From: a virus
Lineage: Duplodnaviria > Caudoviricetes
Length of the DNA stretch: 31,988 nucleotides
Strand: one strand, 5' to 3'
Virus record (IMG/VR): IMGVR_UViG_3300048589_000239
Coordinates: 1-31,988 of that record
The notes under the pieces are model-generated. The model ran no database searches, was not told where the DNA came from, and worked only from the letters and a program-made list of their open reading frames with translations. Both the position numbers and the translations under genes were made by a program. This document shows, piece by piece, positions 25,468 through 31,988 of the stretch (its first letter is position 1; each line of letters begins with the position of its first letter).

Positions 25468-26957
25468 TGACTTTTGGTGTAACGCCAGAGGGCCTTGTTA
25501 TAAAGAGGCTCGCGGACATCCAGACCGAGCTGAATGAAGACGCACGCGGGGTTTACGGGAACGCTGTCGATCTCGATCCCCGCAGGCCGTTCGGTCAATT
25601 CCTGGGGATCATGTCGGAACGATTTGCTCAGATCTGGGAACTCGTCGAGCAGGTCTATCTTGCCCGCTATCCTCGCACAGCCGAGGGCAAACAGTTCGAT
25701 GATGTTGCATCATTCAATGGCCTTGTGAGACGCGCGGCGACCTTCTCAACCGTTGGTGTCCGTCTGTCGGGTACAGAGGGCACAGTCATTCCTCAGGGAA
25801 CCAGGGCGTCTGTCGATGGAAACCCTGAGTCGATCTTTGAAACCGATGAAGAGTACACGATCGAGGCAGGCATCAACGAGATCCAGGAGATCATCTTTCC
25901 TGATGAACCTGTCGCGGGTGCCTTTACTCTTGTCTTTGGAGGCGAGGCAACATCGGCCATCCAATGGGATGATACAGCGGGCGACATCGAGGCCGCGCTG
26001 GAGGCCCTGTCTGGAGTCTCAGCGGTTACGGTGATTGGTAGTTTCTATTCCGGCTTTACCATCACCTTTACCGGGGCAGATGGACAGCAGCCGCAGAGCC
26101 TTATTTCTCTCGGCTCGAACACACTCAGCTCTGATGGCATCGCTGTCGGCGACATCATTCCGACCATCGCCAGGGTCCAGCTCGGTGTGCTTCCAGGGGT
26201 CGATGGAACGATGACCGCGCAGACATCGGGACCGATACCTGCACCTGCTGGAAGTCTGACAGTCAGAGAGGACACGGTTTCAGGATGGGATAGCATTACG
26301 AACCCGCTCGATGCGGAGCAAGGCGAGATCGAGGAAACCGATGCTGCATTCAAGATTCGTAGGGCTCAGCAGATCGCGCTCGGCGCTCTCTGTACCCCGG
26401 ATGCGATCAGGGCGAGGATGCTTGAGGTTGAGGGTGTCGAGTCTTGTGTCGTCTATATCAACAACACGGAGGCGACAGTCGATAGCCTCCCGCCAAAATC
26501 TGTTCGCGTCGTTCTGCTCGGCGGTGATCCTCTACCCATTGCAAGGCAGCTCTTTGCATCCGTGGCGGGCGGTATCAGAACTTATGGGGCACAGAGTCAG
26601 ACCATCACGGATGACTCAGGCTTTCCGCAGATCCTTCGCTGGGACAATGCCGAAGAAGTTTCCATCTGGGTCGAGATCGACCTGACGATTGATCCTGAGG
26701 ACTTCCCGCTCGATGGCGAGGATCAGATCATTGCAGCCATCCTCGCTTATGGTGAGGGACTTGGGACGGGCGATGATGTTATCGTCTACCCATATTTCAT
26801 CTGTACTCTTGATGTGATCAGCCGGGGCATCCTGGATGCGGCCGTCAGGATCGGGACATCATCCGGCCCGACCCTTGACGACAACATAAGCATAGCGCCT
26901 GACGAGATCGCCCGCTTCGACAGCTCGCGGATAACGATCAACATCGCATCATCGTGA
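25467..26957 (+). CDS. Baseplate J-like wedge protein with an inserted domain
   Basis: FGVTPEG, P.TAEG..D, GT.IP.G, ETDA....RR, GI.TYG motifs. Confidence 0.88.
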   Translation: MTFGVTPEGLVIKRLADIQTELNEDARGVYGNAVDLDPRRPFGQFLGIMSERFAQIWELVEQVYLARYPRTAEGKQFDDVASFNGLVRRAATFSTVGVRLSGTEGTVIPQGTRASVDGNPESIFETDEEYTIEAGINEIQEIIFPDEPVAGAFTLVFGGEATSAIQWDDTAGDIEAALEALSGVSAVTVIGSFYSGFTITFTGADGQQPQSLISLGSNTLSSDGIAVGDIIPTIARVQLGVLPGVDGTMTAQTSGPIPAPAGSLTVREDTVSGWDSITNPLDAEQGEIEETDAAFKIRRAQQIALGALCTPDAIRARMLEVEGVESCVVYINNTEATVDSLPPKSVRVVLLGGDPLPIARQLFASVAGGIRTYGAQSQTITDDSGFPQILRWDNAEEVSIWVEIDLTIDPEDFPLDGEDQIIAAILAYGEGLGTGDDVIVYPYFICTLDVISRGILDAAVRIGTSSGPTLDDNISIAPDEIARFDSSRITINIASS

Positions 26958-26964
26958 GGGCATC

Positions 26965-27567
26965 ATGGCTGATTCAAAGATCACGAAAGTAACGACTCAT
27001 GTCCAGGATGCCAAAGACAGACTGACCGGACAGTACAAGGGCAAGCCTCGCATCGAGGGCACCGTTGGACTTCTCGCAAAGCAGATCCAGGATCTTGAGG
27101 ATGTGCTGACCGATCTCCTTGAGGCCGAGATCCTTGCGAATGCCCAGGGCGCGTTCCTCGATCAGCTTGGGGATCTTGTCGGTCAGGAGCGGGAGGGTTT
27201 GCAGGATGACTTCTATCGCATCCTGATCGCGGTCAAGATCGTGAAGAACTTTAGCAAGGGTGAGCCTGATGCGATCATTCGGGCAACCCGTCTGATCTTT
27301 CAGGCGAGCGAAGTTCATTACATGAACCTGGGCGGCGCGAACGTGGGGCTTTATGTCAATGGCACAACGCCCGATGTGCCTTCATCGTTCATCTATTCCA
27401 ATCTTCAGGAGGTGGCGGCAGCGGGGGTCAAGATCCTCTTTGTTGCTGTGGCCCCTCCTGACACAGATCCCGATGATGTCTTTGCTTTCGATGGCGGCGA
27501 GACTGGGGGCGGCTTTGGCTCTCTCTCTGATCCCGACATCGGGGGCGCGTGGTCAGGTCTTATTTAA
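26965..27567 (+). CDS. Baseplate wedge protein (DUF2612-like)
   Basis: QY.GKP, AQG..LD.LG..VG..R, D..YR..I..KI, AAGV. Confidence 0.75.
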   Translation: MADSKITKVTTHVQDAKDRLTGQYKGKPRIEGTVGLLAKQIQDLEDVLTDLLEAEILANAQGAFLDQLGDLVGQEREGLQDDFYRILIAVKIVKNFSKGEPDAIIRATRLIFQASEVHYMNLGGANVGLYVNGTTPDVPSSFIYSNLQEVAAAGVKILFVAVAPPDTDPDDVFAFDGGETGGGFGSLSDPDIGGAWSGLI

Positions 27568-27590
27568 TCAACCCGAGCGAGGTTTTTGTT

Positions 27591-28229
27591 ATGCCGATTT
27601 TCATCACCGAGGACAGGCCGTCAGCATTCAGTAACTGGGGTGATTCAAACACGACCCCTCTCGTTGACATCATCGAGCCGCCAAGCGGTCTTCAGCAGGC
27701 GACATGGCAGCCAGGACAGAAGCCGCCAGCGCCTTATCAAAACTGGCTGGAATATATAACCCAGAGATGGATCAAGAACCTCGATGAGAGGGCTCCACGG
27801 ATTCAGGAATACAACTACTTCATCGGCGACTTCTCGGGGGCTCACTATGCAGATCTTGAGACATGCCTTGCCGCGATCAGCAGCGGTGCCCGGATACTCT
27901 TCGTCGGCAGCAACTCGAACCTGTTCCTGAGCAACACGATCACCATTCCTTTCAAGGTCGAGATCGACTTTCTATTCACGACTTTCTACAAGTCGAACTT
28001 CGCCCTGACGCGGGCCATCATCATCAATGGCGATGATGTTGTCCTGCGTGGAGCCCGCTTCTCTTCGGGCTGGAGCGGGGGATCGGACGCTTGTGTCGAG
28101 ATCAATGGGGATCGCTGCCGCATCCAGGATTTCGTTTTCGATGAGAACGTCACGGCGTGCTTCGATGAAACCGGGGTTGCATCTGATCAGTATCCTGAAC
28201 TCATTAACAACGTGGTGGAGTATTTCTAA
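27591..28229 (+). CDS. Tail fibre/spike attachment protein
   Basis: ATG 27591 with GAGG RBS; N-terminal EPP.....W.PGQKPPA...NWL...W fibre-anchor motif, then beta-rich region. Confidence 0.65.
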   Translation: MPIFITEDRPSAFSNWGDSNTTPLVDIIEPPSGLQQATWQPGQKPPAPYQNWLEYITQRWIKNLDERAPRIQEYNYFIGDFSGAHYADLETCLAAISSGARILFVGSNSNLFLSNTITIPFKVEIDFLFTTFYKSNFALTRAIIINGDDVVLRGARFSSGWSGGSDACVEINGDRCRIQDFVFDENVTACFDETGVASDQYPELINNVVEYF

Positions 28230-29101
28230 TGCCGAGCATCATCCAACGGATCAGAGCAACGATATTTGAGATCGGGCGCGGGGCGAACGATGAGCTTGAT
28301 CTTGTGTTTCGATCGAACATTGCCAACACCCCTGCATTCAGGAGAGAGGCATCATCGAATGAGCTTAAGCTGAGATCGGGCGGGCGCTCGACCTTCCGAC
28401 GTCTTGAGAAGCTGACGGCGACAGCGACAGGGGCGACATCGGTATCGCCTGCAGCAACTGACCATAACAAGATCTACCTCTGTAATGTGTCAGGCGGGGC
28501 GATCACTTTCAACCTTCCGGCTCCCGCCGATGGGCTGATGTTCCATCTCAAAGACATCACGGGTGATGCTCCGACGAACAACATCACGATCGTTCGGAAC
28601 GGATCGGAGAAGATCGACAACGCCACCGCGTCCTTTGTGATTGATCAAGCATATGCAGCCATCACGATCTATAGCGATGGAACGGATTGGTTCATCATTG
28701 GAAAGAGCCTTGGCTATCTCGCGGGCACAGCTACAGCAGCCCTGACGACAGGCGGGGGATCTGCAACGCTCAACGCATCGGTCAGGACGATAACATGGCA
28801 GCGGCATGGAAAATTGGTTTACCTCGCTGGACGGCTCGATGTTACCTCTATCTCAGCGCCCTCTGGGTTCCTTCGGATAACGGGGCTTCCATACAACTCG
28901 GCGGTGGACATGGCTGTTCCGATCGCGGCGGTTGTAGGACGGAGCTTCGACAGCCAGACCCAGAACATATACGGCAAGGTTCTGTCAGGAACCAATTACA
29001 TAACGGTCGAGAACTTCCAGGATGGCGACGCGGAGAACGGCGGCGGCATTCTGAATTCCCTTTCATCATTCGTTCTCGGTGGCTGTTATATCGCCAGCTA
29101 G
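28229..29101 (+). CDS. Tail fibre protein
   Basis: IT.NLPAPADG...KD..G....NNIT...SDGTDW repeat-type module; C-terminal G.LV...G......GLPY head-like domain. Confidence 0.65.
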   Translation: MPSIIQRIRATIFEIGRGANDELDLVFRSNIANTPAFRREASSNELKLRSGGRSTFRRLEKLTATATGATSVSPAATDHNKIYLCNVSGGAITFNLPAPADGLMFHLKDITGDAPTNNITIVRNGSEKIDNATASFVIDQAYAAITIYSDGTDWFIIGKSLGYLAGTATAALTTGGGSATLNASVRTITWQRHGKLVYLAGRLDVTSISAPSGFLRITGLPYNSAVDMAVPIAAVVGRSFDSQTQNIYGKVLSGTNYITVENFQDGDAENGGGILNSLSSFVLGGCYIAS

Positions 29102-29110
29102 GGGGATCTC

Positions 29111-29227
29111 ATGAATTGGCAGCGTCTCGGGGATGGCGACATCATCCTCGCTCTTTGCATAACGATCCTCTGCGCGGGGCTTGTGGCTTTGATCAACCGC
29201 TTCACAGATCGGGATGGTGGCCCATGA
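29111..29227 (+). CDS. 38-aa single-transmembrane peptide (possible holin-like); not in the ORF track
   Basis: GGGGGA RBS; MNWQRLGDGDIILALCITILCAGLVALINRFTDRDGGP*; stop overlaps the next ATG (ATGA). Confidence 0.55.
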   Translation: MNWQRLGDGDIILALCITILCAGLVALINRFTDRDGGP

Positions 29228-29727
29228 GTTATGTGGATTGGCCTTATGTGCGGCGGGTTCTCTCGCCCTCTGAGATCCCAACGCGGAACCTTTTGCTGAT
29301 GGCGATCTTCCGTGTTGAGTCCAGCTATGACCCGAACGCTGTGCGATTTGAATCCGACTTTCAGTATGTCTGGAACGTCGAGGCTCATGCACGGATGCTC
29401 GGGATCACGCAGAAGACCGAGCGATTCATGCAGCAGACATCATGGGGGCTCGGTCAGATCATGGGCGGCACCGCCCGATGGCTTGGATATAACGGGCCTC
29501 TGACCGGACTTCTCGATGTCGAGACGAACATCGTTTTCTCTGAGGCTTACTTGAATCGTCTGCTTCAGAGGTACAACAACAACATCGAGAAGGCCATCGC
29601 CTCCTATCGTCGGGGCAACGCGCGACATTGCAATGATGATGTCTGCTCGACAGATGATTACGTCCAGATGGTGATGGCTGAATACAACATGGAAGTCAAG
29701 AACTCGGCATGGGAAAGGAGCAGCTAG
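29224..29727 (+). CDS. Lytic transglycosylase (SLT family), probable endolysin
   Basis: AIFRVESS (catalytic Glu), SWGLGQIM, AIASY..G; true start at ATG 29224, not 28687. Confidence 0.85.
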   Translation: MSYVDWPYVRRVLSPSEIPTRNLLLMAIFRVESSYDPNAVRFESDFQYVWNVEAHARMLGITQKTERFMQQTSWGLGQIMGGTARWLGYNGPLTGLLDVETNIVFSEAYLNRLLQRYNNNIEKAIASYRRGNARHCNDDVCSTDDYVQMVMAEYNMEVKNSAWERSS

Positions 29728-29728
29728 C

Positions 29729-31552
29729 ATGGGTCTGATCAATATCGGCGGCGAAAATCAGGGGCCTCCTGGACCACAAGGCCCCCAAGGCCCTGCAGGT
29801 GCAGCGGGCGAAGCAGGTGTGCGAGGCAGCACCATTCAAAGAGGCGCAGATCCAGAGGCAGTCACAGGAGCATTGGCCGGTGATCTTTTCATTCTGGAAA
29901 CCAATGGCCTGCTTTATCAGTACGATGGCTCACAGTGGGTTGACACAACGATCCATGTCAAGGGCAGCCGCTGGTATGAATCAGGCACAGAGCCAACCGA
30001 TCTCGTCCCTGGCGATGTGATTTATGATGATGTGGGTTTTCTCCAGATCTATACCGGCACAGGCTTTGAAGGCATCGGCAGGATCTCCCCTGCGAAGTGG
30101 TACTTCGGAACAGATCCTACTACTGATGTAAGCGTTCCTCTTGATGGTGACATCTTCGTCGTCATCTCCAATGGCGATGTCTTTCAATACTCAATTGATA
30201 ACGGCTGGGCTGGATTTCCAGATACTCCACTTTATAACATCAAGGGCGCTGATGGAGCGCAGGGTCCACAAGGCGAACAGGGACCACAAGGCGAACAGGG
30301 ACCACAAGGCGACCCTGGTGGAGGACCGACCGGAGGTACAACAAATCAGGTACTAAGAAAAAACTCCGGGACCGATGGCGATTATGATTGGGCCGATAAC
30401 GATCTCCTTTTTTCATCTCAGACTTTCAGCGGCTCCAATGGAATGCTCGGGGCTTTGAAGTTCAAGCCTTCCAATGCAGGATCGACTGGCTACAGCGGCG
30501 GCGCGATCTATCTTGATGATGGGCGATACGCAGCGGGCACCAGAGACATCGGCAAGAAGTGCATTGACTTGAACATGGCATGGAATGGAGTTAACCAACC
30601 CATACCCTCTGGAGCACAGGGTTGCGCAATCGTTGGCGGCGTTTTCAATCGCATGACCAACTCAATTGACAACGCCTTCATCGGTGGTGGTCTAACGAAC
30701 AGGGTTAGTGGTTCGTATTCAAGCATTCTGGGCGGAACCAATAATATAGCCAGTGGCTCCAACAGCGGGATCTATGCCTCTGATGCTTCCTCGGCTTCAA
30801 CCTTCGGGGTTGTGCTGGGTGGCCGATTCATGAACTGCAGCAATTTTTATGCTGTCACGTTCGGGGAATACACTCAGTCTCCTGAGGATGCAACTCTCTC
30901 TCTTGGAAAATACCCAGGCTTCTCTCTGTTCAGTGCAGACGAACGCGCCAATATCTGGAAGGTCGGCGGCACCAAGCGCAGCATGTCGCTCGGCTATTAT
31001 CTGAACCTGCCATCGGGCGCGGGGGTTGATTCAGCGACAGCGGCTGCTGAGAATACTTTCTGGTGGCATACAACCAATCGTCAGAATGAATCAAATGCTT
31101 TCGGTCTTCGTGCTGGCACAGGCATGACGACAAAGTATCGCATTACGATGCCGAACGGAAACCCAGGCGGCGCTCAAAGAATTCTCAGAGTCACCGGCTC
31201 AACTCTCACGTCAGGAATTTATGAGGTAGCCACGCAATGGGTGGCCGTTGGCACAAATGCTCTCGGAAATAGTGGAAGCTCGAAGGTTGTTGATTTTCTT
31301 GAAGGCCGCGTTCACACGATAGGCCTTAATGCCGATTGCACTCTCACTTTTGCCAACTCAAAATCTGGAGACATCTATCATCTCGTGATCACGCAGGACA
31401 GCACACCCAGGGCAATTACATGGCCTGCTTCAGTGAAATGGCCTGGAGGTGTTGCCCCTACGTTATCGCCGGGTGCATTCGCTGTTGATGTTGTGCAATT
31501 GGTCTACGACGGAACGAATCATTATGGAACCATCGCGCAAGCGTTTGCATAA
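29729..31552 (+). CDS. Collagen-repeat tail/head fibre protein
   Basis: Two Gly-X-Y tracts, repeated GD.F/Y modules, GG..N beta-repeat region, C-terminal [17 protein letters not shown] domain. Confidence 0.75.
   Translation: MGLINIGGENQGPPGPQGPQGPAGAAGEAGVRGSTIQRGADPEAVTGALAGDLFILETNGLLYQYDGSQWVDTTIHVKGSRWYESGTEPTDLVPGDVIYDDVGFLQIYTGTGFEGIGRISPAKWYFGTDPTTDVSVPLDGDIFVVISNGDVFQYSIDNGWAGFPDTPLYNIKGADGAQGPQGEQGPQGEQGPQGDPGGGPTGGTTNQVLRKNSGTDGDYDWADNDLLFSSQTFSGSNGMLGALKFKPSNAGSTGYSGGAIYLDDGRYAAGTRDIGKKCIDLNMAWNGVNQPIPSGAQGCAIVGGVFNRMTNSIDNAFIGGGLTNRVSGSYSSILGGTNNIASGSNSGIYASDASSASTFGVVLGGRFMNCSNFYAVTFGEYTQSPEDATLSLGKYPGFSLFSADERANIWKVGGTKRSMSLGYYLNLPSGAGVDSATAAAENTFWWHTTNRQNESNAFGLRAGTGMTTKYRITMPNGNPGGAQRILRVTGSTLTSGIYEVATQWVAVGTNALGNSGSSKVVDFLEGRVHTIGLNADCTLTFANSKSGDIYHLVITQDSTPRAITWPASVKWPGGVAPTLSPGAFAVDVVQLVYDGTNHYGTIAQAFA
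30266..30312 (+). repeat. 18-bp coding tandem repeat (collagen GPQGEQ), about 2.6 copies
   Basis: CCACAAGGCGA at 30266, 30284 and 30302. Confidence 0.9.
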
Positions 31553-31564
31553 GGGCAGGGAAAA

Positions 31565-31936
31565 ATGACTATCAAGGTAAAGACAGGAGCCAAGATTCCC
31601 CTCTGGGTTGCGATTGATGATGGCTCTGAGGATCTGATCATCTCGGCCCGCGTGACCTCGCGCGATCCTTTCACGGTCTGGGCTGATGGGACTCTTCTCG
31701 ATTTCATCGAATACTCTGAGGGCGAGTACGAAAACAACAGCCTGGACATGCCTGATGTTCCGGCGATTGATGTCGTCTATTCTGTGTTTCAGAACGATGG
31801 CATTACCCTGATCAGGAAAGCCTATGAGCTGTTCCTGAGAGACGATGGCGGCGGGGCCTCTGATGATGGGGCGCTCATTGGTCAGATACTCGACGAGGAT
31901 CAATTGATCGGCGTCGTTCACACATGCGAGGACTAA
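31565..31936 (+). CDS. Hypothetical acidic virion-associated protein
   Basis: ORF with AGGG RBS following the fibre gene. Confidence 0.6.
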   Translation: MTIKVKTGAKIPLWVAIDDGSEDLIISARVTSRDPFTVWADGTLLDFIEYSEGEYENNSLDMPDVPAIDVVYSVFQNDGITLIRKAYELFLRDDGGGASDDGALIGQILDEDQLIGVVHTCED

Positions 31937-31939
31937 GAC

Positions 31940-31988
31940 ATGATGAGTCAGCTTCTCTCGATCATCAAAGGCACAGATCGAACAATCA
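31940..31988 (+). CDS. Partial ORF running off the right edge (MMSQLLSIIKGTDRTI...)
   Basis: GAGGA RBS at 31928-31932, ATG 31940. Confidence 0.5.
   Translation, partial: MMSQLLSIIKGTDRTI

Larger units (their letters stand above)
1..31988. mobile_element. Myovirus-type phage or prophage genome segment
   Basis: Packaging-head-contractile tail module plus recombination genes; no integrase, att site or host genes in the window. Confidence 0.95.

Noticed and set aside
28687-29223. N-terminal 179 codons of the 346-aa ORF
   Set aside because: Overlaps the fibre gene and the 38-aa peptide in other frames; the SLT domain starts at ATG 29224.
30266-30312. Tandem repeat as a CRISPR array or DGR repeat
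   Set aside because: No spacers, it encodes collagen triplets, and no cas or reverse transcriptase gene is in the window.
1-31988. tRNA/rRNA genes, integrase/att sites, introns or inteins, alternative genetic code
   Set aside because: None recognised; conserved genes are uninterrupted, of ordinary length, and end in all three standard stop codons.

Overview
A 32-kb segment of a tailed dsDNA phage or prophage with a contractile tail (DUF1073 portal, DUF2213 protease, DUF2184 capsid, DUF3383 sheath). The left arm (1-3635, minus strand) has small early-type genes, a Gp157-like gene and recT, separated by hairpins and preceded by a near-consensus sigma28 (FliA)-type promoter. The right arm (3819-end, plus strand) is one tightly packed run: ParB-N protein, DpdA/TGT-like transglycosylase, queC, a DUF6884-like gene, queD, queE and folE (a full preQ0 7-deazaguanine DNA-modification cassette), leading directly into terminase, head, neck, tail, baseplate, fibre and lytic transglycosylase genes. 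The most unusual signal is a roughly 4-5-fold excess of GATC in hand-counted samples, including non-coding hairpins, which is absent from the distal tail-fibre gene. This may mark the target motif of the phage's own modification system. Other signals: a -1 frameshift in the tail chaperone, a nested scaffold start, a recurring [RKH]-x-D motif in head proteins and an uncalled 38-aa membrane peptide. All family calls come from motif recognition by eye, not database searches.
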